From an uncultured Candidatus Woesearchaeota archaeon (GTDB lineage Archaea > Nanobdellota > Nanobdellia > UBA10117), in NCBI GenBank assembly GCA_903864915.1, contig CAIPHS010000005.1, positions 3,968 through 67,967 on the forward strand: DNA of 64,000 bases, in the 5' to 3' direction. The notes under the pieces are model-generated. The model worked only from the letters and a program-made list of their open reading frames with translations, did not search any database and was not told the DNA's origin. Each line of letters starts with the position of its first letter. Position 1 is the stretch's first letter. Made by a program: the position numbers and the translations under genes. Of this stretch, positions 37,341-47,285 are shown in pieces.

Positions 37341-38792
37341 ATGGCTCTTAAGAATAAGAAAGAGAAAAACTTCTCTGAGTGGTACACCGAGCTGGTTTCT
37401 GAAGCAGGTGCTAACCTCGCTGACATCAGATACGGCATACAGGGCGCCATTGTAGAAACACCTTGGGCAGTCAAGATAATGCGGGCCTATGAGGCCATGC
37501 TTGAGAAGGAAGTTGAAGCAGATGGGCATGAGCCAATGTTATTTCCAACTATTGTTCCTGAAGCCTACATAAAGAAAGAAAAAGAACACGTCAAGGGCTT
37601 TGCTCCCGAACTTTACTGGGTAACTGAAGGTGGCGGCAAAAAGCTAGATGAGAAGATGTACCTCAGGCCAACAGGCGAATCACAAATATTCCCAATGTAT
37701 TCCATCTGGATAAGAAGTTGGAATCAGCTCCCGTTCAAGCGCTACCAATCAAGAATATCTGTATTCAGGTTTGAATCGACCACCAGGCCTTTCTTAAGAG
37801 GAAGAGAATTCAATTTCTTCGAATGTCATGACGTTTTCGCCACACACGAAGAGGCTCTAAAGCAAATTGAAAGAGACATGATTTACACTGAGAACGTTGC
37901 ACACAAGAAACTCGGTTTGCCATTCATGTTCGTTAGGCGACCACAATGGGATAAATTTGCGGGCGGTGTTGATACTTATGGTGCTGAGACGATTGTTGAT
38001 GGAAAGGTAAACACCATTGCGTCAACACATGATTTTGGACAGAATTTCGCAAAGGCATACGATATAATTTTTACAGACCAGCATGAAAAGAAGCAATTTG
38101 GCTGGCAAACTACACTTGGCCCGGGACTCATAAGAATCATGGCTGGCCTAATAGGCATACATGGCGACAACTATGGCCTTGTTTTGCCATTTGAAATCGC
38201 ACCAGTTCAAATTGTCATAATTCCAATTATTTTTGAGAAAAAATCTGCTGACGTTGACAAAAAATGTAAGCAACTGGAAAAAGAACTGAAAGAACAGGGC
38301 TACAGAGTAAAATATGACGATTCAGACAACACTGCGGGCTGGAAATACAACGAATGGGAAATGAAAGGTGTCCCGATAAGGATTGAAGTCGGCCCGAGGG
38401 AAGTCAAAGAAAATAAACTGACGTTGGTAAGAAGGGATGTAAAACAAAAGGAAATAATTTCCGAAAAGGATTTGGACAAGAAGATTGAGGAACATGCTGA
38501 CGCTTTGCTGAAAAACATAACCAAAAAAGCAGAGACTGAACTGAAAAATTCCATAAATGAAGCAAAAACTTTTGCTGATGCAAAGAAAATCCTTGAAACC
38601 AAGAGAGGAATAGTAAGGGCTCCTTGGTGTTCAATCGACTTTGACGGGCAAAAATGCGCCGACAAGCTGCAGGAAGAGGCTTCTGCAAAGGTCCGCGGCA
38701 CCCTGTTTGGCAAGGAAGAGAAGGCATCCGGCAAGTGCATTATGTGCGGCAAGCCAGCCAAACATGTTGTTTACATAGCAAAATCATACTAG
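37341..38792 (+). CDS. proS: proline--tRNA ligase (archaeal/eukaryal type)
   Basis: FSEWY, RPTGE, FRFESTTRPFLRGREF, C-terminal Zn domain ending AKSY. Confidence 0.96.
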   Translation: MALKNKKEKNFSEWYTELVSEAGANLADIRYGIQGAIVETPWAVKIMRAYEAMLEKEVEADGHEPMLFPTIVPEAYIKKEKEHVKGFAPELYWVTEGGGKKLDEKMYLRPTGESQIFPMYSIWIRSWNQLPFKRYQSRISVFRFESTTRPFLRGREFNFFECHDVFATHEEALKQIERDMIYTENVAHKKLGLPFMFVRRPQWDKFAGGVDTYGAETIVDGKVNTIASTHDFGQNFAKAYDIIFTDQHEKKQFGWQTTLGPGLIRIMAGLIGIHGDNYGLVLPFEIAPVQIVIIPIIFEKKSADVDKKCKQLEKELKEQGYRVKYDDSDNTAGWKYNEWEMKGVPIRIEVGPREVKENKLTLVRRDVKQKEIISEKDLDKKIEEHADALLKNITKKAETELKNSINEAKTFADAKKILETKRGIVRAPWCSIDFDGQKCADKLQEEASAKVRGTLFGKEEKASGKCIMCGKPAKHVVYIAKSY

Positions 38793-38853
38793 CTTCCAAC
38801 AAAAAGGTTTAAGAATATGTTTAATCATCCAACTGATGTTTTGGTGCATGTAA

Positions 38854-39492
38854 ATGGCAACTGTAGAATCTAAACACGGAACAACAACAGTAAGCATTGT
38901 TTGTAAAGATGCAATAATCATTGCTGCAGACAAAAGAGCCAGCATGGGCTATCTGATTGCAAACAAAGAAACTGACAAGATCTTCAAAATCTCAGACCAG
39001 ATTGCTATGACCATTGCAGGCAGTGCCGGTGACGGCCAGATGCTTGCAAAATACCTGAAAGCAGAGGTGGACCTCTACAGGTTAAACATAAACATGGAGC
39101 CAAGCCTCGATGTGGCTTCAAACCTTATGCAGAATATTCTTTTCCAGCAGGGAAAAAGCTGGGCACCTTATTTAGTGCAGTTAATTATTGCAGGACTTGA
39201 TGACAAGGGCAACTACGCAATCTACACCCTGGATCCTATGGGAAGCAGCATCAAAGAAACCAGATACTATACAACAGGCTCAGGAAGCCCAATGGTTTTC
39301 GGCCTCCTGGAAGACAGCTACAGAGAGAACATGTCTGAAGAAGAAGCCGTACAGCTGGCTGTAAGGGGAATAACCTCTGCGGTCAGGCGCGATATGGGCT
39401 CCGGCGAAGGAATCGACGTCATTATAATAAACAAGAAAGGCTTCAGACGATTGGACAAGATACCGATTGACACTGTGGTAAAAAAGAAGTAA
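38854..39492 (+). CDS. psmB: proteasome beta subunit
   Basis: Propeptide followed by G/TTTV; AADKRA; GSGS. Confidence 0.95.
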   Translation: MATVESKHGTTTVSIVCKDAIIIAADKRASMGYLIANKETDKIFKISDQIAMTIAGSAGDGQMLAKYLKAEVDLYRLNINMEPSLDVASNLMQNILFQQGKSWAPYLVQLIIAGLDDKGNYAIYTLDPMGSSIKETRYYTTGSGSPMVFGLLEDSYRENMSEEEAVQLAVRGITSAVRRDMGSGEGIDVIIINKKGFRRLDKIPIDTVVKKK

Positions 39493-39596
39493 TCAAACTC
39501 ATACTCTAAAACCACTTAGGGATTTAATATGAATGTATTAGCCCAAATCTTAGAAACAGAGCAAATCCTACGGATTTGCGAGTTTGGAGAATTACA

Positions 39597-41468
39597 ATGA
39601 GTGTGCTAGATTCAATTCTCGAGAAATTACCGCGTGACGCAGGCATAACAAGCTCGTGCTATGAAGGCGCAAACATAGTCCTCTATACAAAAAACAAGAC
39701 TTTTTTCCTGCACGGCGGGGACATCATAAGACAGATGGTTTCAGAAATAAAAAAAAGAATAGACTTGCGCGCAGATGATTCCCTAAGGAAAGACGAGGAA
39801 AAGGCAGAGAAGTTCATCCGCGATGCAGTCTCGAAAGATGCAGACATAACGCAGATACTCTTTGAGTCTGCACGTTCCATAATAACTATTGAGGCGAAGA
39901 AGCCCGGGCTTGCAATAGGCAAGGATGGCGAGCTCCTGAAGAAAATAAAAGAGGAGACATTTTGGACACCAATAGTAAGGCGAGAATCCGCAATTCCTTC
40001 AAAAATTACCACAAGCATCAGAAATGTCCTGTTTACAGAATCTGATTACAGAAGAAAATTCCTGCACAGTGTCGGCCAGCGCATATACGAAATCAAGAAA
40101 TCCACGCTAGATGACATGTGGGCTAGAATTTCAATCCTTGGTGCTGGCAGGGAAGTTGGAAGGTCTTGTTTCTTGCTGCAGACTCCTGAATCCAAAGTCC
40201 TGTTGGATTGCGGGCTCAACATCGCGGCAACAGGCAAGTATGCATATCCCTACCTGAGTGTGCCTGAGTTCCACATTGACGATTTGGATGCAGTTATAAT
40301 CTCGCACTCGCATCTGGACCATTGCGGCTTTTTGCCATACCTGTTCAAGATGGGCTACAAAGGCCCAGTCTATCTTACAGAGCCGACAAGGGATATTTTT
40401 GCACTTCTCGCTCTGGATTACATCGAGCTTTCGCATTCCGGAAAGCCACTGTACACATCAGCGGATGTCAAGGAAACGATAAAACACACAATCTCCCTCG
40501 AATACGGTGAAGTCACAGACATTACTCCTGATATAAGACTGACATTCTATAACGCAGGCCATATACTTGGAAGCGCCCTTGTGCATCTGCACATCGGAGA
40601 GGGCTGGCACAACCTGCTGTACACTGGTGACTTGAAAGCCAAACGCTCTTTGATGCTGAACCCAGCACAAATAACCTTTCCCCGTGTCGAGACATTGATG
40701 ATTGAGAGCACATATGGTGCGCCAGAAGACATCATGCCTTCAAGGGAAGAATGCGAAGACTCGCAAATGAAGATAATCAAGGAAACGATTGCAAGGAAAG
40801 GCAAAATCCTCATACCATCGCTTGGAGTCGGCAGGTCCCAGGAGATAATGCTGACTCTGGAGAAAGCTGCAAGGGAAGAGGGCTTCAAAGTCCCAGTTTA
40901 TGTTGATGGCATGATTTGGGATGTGACTGCAGTATATGCCTCATATCCAAGATTCATGGCAACTGATGTCCGAGAGAAAGTTTTCTACGAGGAGCAAAAC
41001 CCATTGCTAAACCCTATGTTCAAGCGCGTCGGCTCCGGAAAGGAGAGGCAGGAAGTAATTGACGGCCCACCATGTGTCATAATTGCGACATCCGGCATGC
41101 TGACAGGCGGTCCTTCTGTTGAATACTTCAAGAAACTGGCTGACAACCCTAAAAATTCCATACTTTTTGTAAACTACCAGGCTGAAGGCTCACCAGGTTA
41201 TTACGTGCAGAGAGGAGACACCGAAATGAAGTTCGATGCTGAAAGTATCAAAGTTAACCTGGAAAGACACGCTATCACGGGATTCTCAGGGCACGCCGAC
41301 AAGCTGGAGCTTGAACAATATATTCAGAAGATAAAGCCGAGGCCGAAGAAAATAATAGTTGTGCACGGCGAGACTTCAAAAACGCTAAGCCTTGCAAGCA
41401 ACATACATAAGATGTTCAGGGTTGAAACAATTGCACCAAAGAACCTGGAAGTAATAAGGCTTCGCTGA
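39597..41468 (+). CDS. fttA: beta-CASP ribonuclease aCPSF1 (FttA)
   Basis: KH domains, SHSHLDH, AGHILGS, FSGHAD; follows psmB as in many archaea. Confidence 0.95.
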   Translation: MSVLDSILEKLPRDAGITSSCYEGANIVLYTKNKTFFLHGGDIIRQMVSEIKKRIDLRADDSLRKDEEKAEKFIRDAVSKDADITQILFESARSIITIEAKKPGLAIGKDGELLKKIKEETFWTPIVRRESAIPSKITTSIRNVLFTESDYRRKFLHSVGQRIYEIKKSTLDDMWARISILGAGREVGRSCFLLQTPESKVLLDCGLNIAATGKYAYPYLSVPEFHIDDLDAVIISHSHLDHCGFLPYLFKMGYKGPVYLTEPTRDIFALLALDYIELSHSGKPLYTSADVKETIKHTISLEYGEVTDITPDIRLTFYNAGHILGSALVHLHIGEGWHNLLYTGDLKAKRSLMLNPAQITFPRVETLMIESTYGAPEDIMPSREECEDSQMKIIKETIARKGKILIPSLGVGRSQEIMLTLEKAAREEGFKVPVYVDGMIWDVTAVYASYPRFMATDVREKVFYEEQNPLLNPMFKRVGSGKERQEVIDGPPCVIIATSGMLTGGPSVEYFKKLADNPKNSILFVNYQAEGSPGYYVQRGDTEMKFDAESIKVNLERHAITGFSGHADKLELEQYIQKIKPRPKKIIVVHGETSKTLSLASNIHKMFRVETIAPKNLEVIRLR

Positions 41469-41471
41469 TTT

Positions 41472-42032
41472 TTACGCAAGGAAGAACTTGTAAACAAATA
41501 TCTTGTCGACAGGGTGCACTGGGTTAAGGTGCTTCTTCAAATCCATTGAAATCTTATCCAGCACAGAAGGGTCAAAAACTTTCACGCTGTCGTATTCTTT
41601 AATCGCTGACTCTGTGAACGTTTTGGTTTGTCTAAGCAATTCGCCTCTTACTGACCTGTGCAGCTTCTTGACATTGAAGAAAAACCATTTTATGCAGACC
41701 TGCTTGTCATCTTTTGTCTTGGCACGCATAACATAAATTGCCCTTTCCTTGTATTTTCTGGCTGACCTCTGCATGAAACTCTCTGTCAGGTAATATTCTG
41801 ATGGTGCTGTGCCAACTTTCTCGCCTTTTGCTTCTACGATTTTAAGCAAGTATTTACGATTGCCATCTTTTGGCAGTCCTGTGAGCATCTGTCCGCTGAC
41901 TTCGACTGATCTTCCCTGCAGCTCTTCAGGTGAATACGCTGTGATATCTGCAAGTTCCCTTGAATTGAAAAGCGCAGGTGCAACTACGGTGAACCATTTC
42001 TTCTTACCCCTGGGTTGTTTGCCTGCAGCCAT
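41472..42032 (-). CDS. rps3ae: 30S ribosomal protein eS1 (S3Ae)
   Basis: KKKWFTVVAPALF...GRSVEV; next to uS15. Confidence 0.85.
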   Translation of the reverse strand: MAAGKQPRGKKKWFTVVAPALFNSRELADITAYSPEELQGRSVEVSGQMLTGLPKDGNRKYLLKIVEAKGEKVGTAPSEYYLTESFMQRSARKYKERAIYVMRAKTKDDKQVCIKWFFFNVKKLHRSVRGELLRQTKTFTESAIKEYDSVKVFDPSVLDKISMDLKKHLNPVHPVDKIFVYKFFLA

Positions 42033-42033
42033 T

Positions 42034-42471
42034 TTAACCAACTAGTTTGTATGTCCAGTTTTCTGGAAGCACACCTTCGGATTTGTAGTATTTAGACAGC
42101 CTGCGTATCTTTGATTCTATCAAGTGCAGGCCTCTTTTCGTGACCATATCTTTCTTGTTTTGGTCCAGGTGCTTCTTTGCCTGGATTGCCCTTCTTAACA
42201 GGGCTTGTATATCCTCAGGAGCCTGTGGTGCGAGCTTGTTTTTTACCAAAATCGCTGTTATTTTCTTGCCCGTGATTTTTCGAACATCTGGGATGCCATA
42301 AGAATCGCGCAAAACCATGCCTATCTTGGCTGCGTTATAATCCTGCTTTGCCAATTTGACAACAAGAGCCTCAATCTCTTCGGGCTTGTATTGTATCCAT
42401 GCTGGAGCGGGGGCTAGCAACGGCTTCTTGGACGCCGAAGACCCTTTTCTTCCAGAATGTAGCCTTGACAT
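42034..42471 (-). CDS. rps15: 30S ribosomal protein uS15
   Basis: MSRLHSGRKG, IGMVLRDSYGIPDV, LIESKIRRLSKYY. Confidence 0.96.
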   Translation of the reverse strand: MSRLHSGRKGSSASKKPLLAPAPAWIQYKPEEIEALVVKLAKQDYNAAKIGMVLRDSYGIPDVRKITGKKITAILVKNKLAPQAPEDIQALLRRAIQAKKHLDQNKKDMVTKRGLHLIESKIRRLSKYYKSEGVLPENWTYKLVG

Positions 42472-42522
42472 GTTCAATCTGTTTTAAAGAGCCTTTAAAA
42501 GACTTTTCGTAAACAGTGTCGT

Positions 42523-42912
42523 ATGCCTATCCACATAGGTATGGAATATACTTCTAGCGAAAAAAAGAAACTTACCATCGAATATAGCCGCCTCAGGATT
42601 TTAAATTATACATCTCCGGCAGATTTCGGCAAGTTCTTGGAAGCCATAAAGAGCGAGGCCATCGCGGTAACATATCTCGGCTATGGCGATCATAGCGTAT
42701 CAACCGAAGAGAAATCACCCGAATACGGCAAACTCGAGTCTTTTTTTAGAAACAGAACAACCGAATTTTTTAAAGTACAAGGCATAATCAAAATCGGGGG
42801 AAATCCTGCAGATTTTTACATGGAATCAGAAGTTGCAAAAAACAATCGACACAACCTTAGGATTTATTCAGAGCGTGCTGTTGCAGATGCGCTTGAAGAC
42901 CTTCTCAAATAG
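42523..42912 (+). CDS. hypothetical protein
   Basis: 129-aa ORF. Confidence 0.6.
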   Translation: MPIHIGMEYTSSEKKKLTIEYSRLRILNYTSPADFGKFLEAIKSEAIAVTYLGYGDHSVSTEEKSPEYGKLESFFRNRTTEFFKVQGIIKIGGNPADFYMESEVAKNNRHNLRIYSERAVADALEDLLK

Positions 42913-43504
42913 GCGCTTTCTCTTTGTATCGTCCTCTGCGTTCCACAACTTTCAATCTGTTGATAACTTCCTTAACACTATAATTTTTCTCGAAAACTTT
43001 CCAAGCCTGCTCCCAGATTTCAAAGTGTTTTGATTTTAGGCATTCCTTCAGCAAATGCAGGTCAACTGCCTTGTCTTCAACCCTGTCTGAATGGCCAGAA
43101 AGCCCAAAGTCTATCAAGAATATATTGTTTTTGAAAAGAATCATATTGCTTGTAGTCAAGTCGCCATGCACGATGCCTGCTGCGTGCATCAATTCAACTT
43201 GCTTTGCAATCTGCTTGAAAATTTTAGCATCTTTTGACTTCAGCAAATAGTCTCTTACTTTCTCGCCTTTAATCTCCTCAATTTCCAGAGTTGTCTTTGC
43301 TTCATCAACCTTCAGGACCCTAGGAACATTAACCCTGACCCTTGCGAGCTTCTCCAAAATCCTCGCTTCCATCTTCGTCCTTTCCTTCCTTAATTTAGTA
43401 TCAATTTCCTTAATCCGATAAGACTTTGAGATTCGCTCCTTGATGATTTTATCTCCGTCTTTGTACAAAATAGCCTCTGCACCCTGCGCAATCTTTTGTT
43501 TCAT
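42905..43504 (-). CDS. bud32: KEOPS kinase Bud32
   Basis: QGAEA, HGDLTTSN, IDFGL, EDKAVDL, RGRY. Confidence 0.95.
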   Translation of the reverse strand: MKQKIAQGAEAILYKDGDKIIKERISKSYRIKEIDTKLRKERTKMEARILEKLARVRVNVPRVLKVDEAKTTLEIEEIKGEKVRDYLLKSKDAKIFKQIAKQVELMHAAGIVHGDLTTSNMILFKNNIFLIDFGLSGHSDRVEDKAVDLHLLKECLKSKHFEIWEQAWKVFEKNYSVKEVINRLKVVERRGRYKEKAPI

Positions 43505-43649
43505 CCGTTTTCTCCAGCAAACAGTGTTCAAAACATTTATATACTCTCATATTTTAATACTTTTATGGCAACCGAGTTGGTGCGCCGGAATTGTTAGGAC
43601 CCTGTTTATAGATAGATTTATAGAGCATTCTTCTGGAATTTATCATGAT

Positions 43650-43736
43650 GCCCGATTAGCTCAGCGGTTAGAGCGATCGCCTGTTATCTATAAGATAGAG
43701 AGCGATAGGCCCGAGGTTCGAATCCTCGATCGGGCG
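43650..43736 (+). tRNA. tRNA-Asn(GTT) with 14-nt intron (43687-43700)
   Basis: GCCCGAT/ATCGGGC, ATCGC/GCGAT; BHB helix CTGT/ATAG. Confidence 0.92.
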
Positions 43737-43758
43737 CTCAGATTTATGGAGGTACAAC

Positions 43759-45033
43759 ATGGCTGCTGAATTCAGTTCGATAGAATCAGTTTTAGATGAC
43801 AAGCAAGCTGGCAAGCTAGTCCATATCAGAGGCTGGGTTCATAGAAAGAGGGACCAGAAGGAGCTGATTTTCCTAGTAATAAGAGATTCCACAGACCTTA
43901 TTCAGGCAGTTATCAAAAAAGACTCGAAGGCCTGGAAAGACGCTGAAAAAATCACAATAGAAAGCTCTTGCGAATTAAGCGGCAAGATAAAGAAAGAAGA
44001 AAGGGCGCCAACCGGCTATGAACTTCAAGTGGATGATTTGAAGATAATCGGCTTGGCTGAAAGGTTCCCAATAACAAAAGACTTGTCTGAAGAATTTTTA
44101 AGAGATGTTAGGCACTTATGGCTTAGAAGCAGGAAATTAACGCAAGTTCTAAGAGTAAGAAGTGAGGTTTTCAGGGCAATCCACGATTTCTACCACAAGG
44201 AAGGCTTTACCGAATACCAATCTCCAATATTCACAACGCAGGCATGTGAAGGTGGTTCAACTTTATTTGAAGTCAAGGGCTTTGACAGAAAAGTTTACCT
44301 GTCACAGAGCTGGCAGCTGCATGCAGAAGCTGGAATATTTGCTCTTGAAAAAATTTACACTGTTGCACCAATGTTCAGGGCTGAAAAATCCAGAACAACA
44401 AGACATCTTGCTGAGGCGTGGCTGGCTGAATCTGAAGCTGCATGGCTGGACTTTGATGGCTTGTTGAAGCAGGAAGAAGAATTGATAATTTATGTCGTAC
44501 AGCATGTTCTCAAAACTTGCAAAAAAGAATTTAAAGAACTTAGCAGGGATACGAAAGATTTGGAATCACTAAAAGCGCCGTTTGCAAGATTAAAATACGC
44601 TGATGCACTAAAGAAATTAGGCAAAAAATGGGGTTATGATTTAACAGACAAGGATGAACGAGAGCTTGTCGCACAGCTTGGAAAACCCATATTCCTGACT
44701 CACTTCCCAAGAGACATGAAAGCATTCTACATGAAGCCAGACCCAAAAGAACCCAAGACAGTTTTAGGTGCGGATTTGCTTGCACCAGGCATAGGCGAGA
44801 TAAGCGGTGGAAGCGAAAGAATTGTTGATGAAAAAGAGCTTCAGAAATCTTTGAAAATATTCAAGCTGAAAGAGGAAGATTATGGCTGGTACATGGATTT
44901 AAGAAAATTCGGCAGTGTGCCGCATTCGGGCATGGGCTTGGGCATAGAAAGGCTCGTGATGTGGCTGACAGGCATGCCACATATAATGGATGTGGTATCA
45001 TTCCCAAGAACGCTGTACAGACTTTCACCTTAG
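43759..45033 (+). CDS. asnS: asparagine--tRNA ligase
   Basis: IRGWV OB fold, YLSQSWQL, FRAEKSRTTRHL, PHSGMGLGIER. Confidence 0.9.
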   Translation: MAAEFSSIESVLDDKQAGKLVHIRGWVHRKRDQKELIFLVIRDSTDLIQAVIKKDSKAWKDAEKITIESSCELSGKIKKEERAPTGYELQVDDLKIIGLAERFPITKDLSEEFLRDVRHLWLRSRKLTQVLRVRSEVFRAIHDFYHKEGFTEYQSPIFTTQACEGGSTLFEVKGFDRKVYLSQSWQLHAEAGIFALEKIYTVAPMFRAEKSRTTRHLAEAWLAESEAAWLDFDGLLKQEEELIIYVVQHVLKTCKKEFKELSRDTKDLESLKAPFARLKYADALKKLGKKWGYDLTDKDERELVAQLGKPIFLTHFPRDMKAFYMKPDPKEPKTVLGADLLAPGIGEISGGSERIVDEKELQKSLKIFKLKEEDYGWYMDLRKFGSVPHSGMGLGIERLVMWLTGMPHIMDVVSFPRTLYRLSP

Positions 45034-45845
45034 AATTTTTCTATTATTCTTTTCATTGCTAGTGCATCTTGCTCCAGCAATGGTGTTTCGCAGATTAAGG
45101 TTATGTCTGACTTTCTTTTTACAAGCTCTTTTGCCAGCTCTGCGAAATCTGGTGTCTTTTGTGCAATCGGAACATGGATATCTACAAAACTCTTTGAAGT
45201 TGTGCTGTATTTCACGCAATTGAAGTGTGAATTGATGTGTTTGATTCCCAAATCTTTCAACTCATCAAGGATTTTTGCAAAGTCTTCCTTTCCATCTGGG
45301 CAATAAAGATGCCCCCAGTCCAGATAGGGCACAAAATGCTTCTTGAATTTCTTGTAAATGTCGATAATTTCGCTGAGTCTGCCCCATTGCGAAGCCTTTC
45401 CCATAGTTTCATAGCCAAGCTTCGTATTCTTGATGCCAAGCTTTTCCATTTTTTCCACAATTTGTGTGGTGACGTCAATCATTTGCTTCTGGGCTTCTTC
45501 TTTGGAAAGTTTGCCATAATAGGACGCATGGGCAGCAATTGCGTCTGCACCCATTCTTTCAGCCCGGTCTAGAGAATCAATAATTCTTTGTATTGATGCT
45601 TGAACTATGGCTTTCTTGTCTGAAAGCAGGTTTATGTAGTAAGGCGCATGCACGCTCAGCCTCACGCCAAGCTCTTTTGCAACTTTTCCGACTTCTGTGG
45701 CCAATTCCGGAGACATATTAACGCCACGAACAAACTCAACTTCTAAGGCATTAAGGCCGAGGCGGGCACATTCCTTTATCCCGCCTATCGTAGAACGTTC
45801 CTTAGAACTAGTCGGCACGCCCCCAGAGCCGATGAAAATAGCCAT
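45030..45845 (-). CDS. nfo: AP endonuclease family 2 (endonuclease IV)
   Basis: EVEFVRG, SVHAPYYINL, ETMGK, DWGH. Confidence 0.9.
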   Translation of the reverse strand: MAIFIGSGGVPTSSKERSTIGGIKECARLGLNALEVEFVRGVNMSPELATEVGKVAKELGVRLSVHAPYYINLLSDKKAIVQASIQRIIDSLDRAERMGADAIAAHASYYGKLSKEEAQKQMIDVTTQIVEKMEKLGIKNTKLGYETMGKASQWGRLSEIIDIYKKFKKHFVPYLDWGHLYCPDGKEDFAKILDELKDLGIKHINSHFNCVKYSTTSKSFVDIHVPIAQKTPDFAELAKELVKRKSDITLICETPLLEQDALAMKRIIEKF

Positions 45846-45883
45846 AACAAGTCTTTAAAATTCACAAATTAAAGCTTTTGTGT

Positions 45884-45957
45884 GGGCCTGTAGCATAGCC
45901 TGGACAGTGCGCCCGGCTTCGGACCGGGGGACGGGTGTTCAAATCATCCCAGGCCCG
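45884..45957 (+). tRNA. tRNA-Arg(TCG)
   Basis: GGGCCTG/CAGGCCC, CCCGG/CCGGG. Confidence 0.93.
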
Positions 45958-45992
45958 CTTAAACTTAAAAACCTTCTATTTTCTAGCAACAC

Positions 45993-46526
45993 ATGTTAGA
46001 AGTCCGAATCGAGAGAGCAGCGCTTGCAACAATGTTAGCAAGCACAAGAGAAGTTTTCTCCAACGAGACTTATGGCCTGCTTTTGGGCAAAAAGAGCCAA
46101 AAAGTTGCAGAAGTGCTGCACGCAGTTCCATGTCAAGTTGCAGACCGGAAACGCTATGAAGTCAGTTGCAATGGCAAAACCAGAAAATTGGAAGAGGTTT
46201 TGAGAAGTTTTGAAGGCAGAGATTTCCAAGTTCTGGGAGATTTTCATTCTCATCCTGTTTTGAGGAATCAGTCTTTCTCAGAATATTCCGAAATTAGTGA
46301 TTCCGATCACGACGATATAGAAAAAGATGAAATCTATGCACTAATCACCGCAAGATTAGTAGATTCCAAAAAGTATGATATTCGATATGCACAAATAACA
46401 CCAGGAATCGCTGGCCGGTGGAGCGACCTTTATTTCAATCTGAAGGTTTACGCCTGGCGTAATGAATGTGAATGTTTCTCGCCAGCCCCAGTAAAGTGCA
46501 GAGGAATAAAAATTAAAAGGAAGTAA
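45993..46526 (+). CDS. JAB/MPN+ (JAMM) metalloprotease domain protein
   Basis: ETYGLLLG...GDFHSHP...SDSD. Confidence 0.85.
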   Translation: MLEVRIERAALATMLASTREVFSNETYGLLLGKKSQKVAEVLHAVPCQVADRKRYEVSCNGKTRKLEEVLRSFEGRDFQVLGDFHSHPVLRNQSFSEYSEISDSDHDDIEKDEIYALITARLVDSKKYDIRYAQITPGIAGRWSDLYFNLKVYAWRNECECFSPAPVKCRGIKIKRK

Positions 46527-46549
46527 TCGAATAATCCTCGCAGGCCACT

Positions 46550-47077
46550 TCAAAGGATAGCTTCTATCTTTTTCAGCACAACTATCATGCGTTCAATTGC
46601 ATATTTTGTTGGGTTTTCTTGAGGGTTATAGGGATCAAGTAAAAAGAAATAGCCAGAAGAAGCCCGCAAACCAGGCCAATATTTTTCTTGCGAAAACCAG
46701 CCAAGCAAGTCCATAAGCGACACAAGTTCATTAACCTCTTTTATTACTTGCTCAGCTTCTTTTTTGAGCGCGTCAGGCAGTTTATTTAATATTTTTTTAA
46801 GAGGGTTTGTTAGGCGTTCACGTATTTGCTTGATATAAAGTTGTGAGTTTCTACTCCAAGCAAAAATATGGGGTGCAGGATAGCCGTGATCGCCTAGTTT
46901 GCCCTTGCCCTTCTGAAGTTTATCCTCGAAATCGGCAATAGAAGTTTTAGATATGTTTTTCCAAAGCTCTGGATCTTTATCTAAAAGAAAACGTTCTTCT
47001 TGAGATAACAACTCTTTTGGAATTTTTTCCCGTAAGTCTTTAACCCTGTCGTATAAACCTCGCCTGAGTAAAGCCAT
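46550..47077 (-). CDS. hypothetical protein
   Basis: 175-aa ORF; TATA-like box upstream. Confidence 0.6.
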   Translation of the reverse strand: MALLRRGLYDRVKDLREKIPKELLSQEERFLLDKDPELWKNISKTSIADFEDKLQKGKGKLGDHGYPAPHIFAWSRNSQLYIKQIRERLTNPLKKILNKLPDALKKEAEQVIKEVNELVSLMDLLGWFSQEKYWPGLRASSGYFFLLDPYNPQENPTKYAIERMIVVLKKIEAIL

Positions 47078-47169
47078 AGATTAAGTTTAACTTGCCGTAA
47101 TATTTAAGATTTTATACGTGGTTGTAGGCCCGCTAATCTTTTAAAAGACGAAAATCGCACTTAATCTAC

Positions 47170-47284
47170 GCTCCCGTAGTCTAGCCCGGTTAAGGATAAG
47201 GGATTCTCGCAGCGCGAAGGCCTAGCTTTGCTGGGTTTCCGCCGGAAACATCCCTGGACACGAGTTCAAATCTCGTCGGGAGCA
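47170..47284 (+). tRNA. tRNA-Glu(CTC) with 40-nt intron (47210-47249)
   Basis: GCTCCCG/CGGGAGC, AGGGA/TCCCT; BHB helix TTCT/GGAA. Confidence 0.92.
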
Positions 47285-47285
47285 C

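Noticed and set aside
43555..43645. Possible ncRNA between bud32 and tRNA-Asn
   Set aside because: Only weak pairing potential; explained by divergent promoters.
11406..46526. A linked eukaryote-like 26S proteasome system (PC-repeat protein, beta subunit and JAMM)
   Set aside because: The three genes are 7-27 kb apart in unrelated contexts, with no ubiquitin, E1/E2 or PAN in the window.
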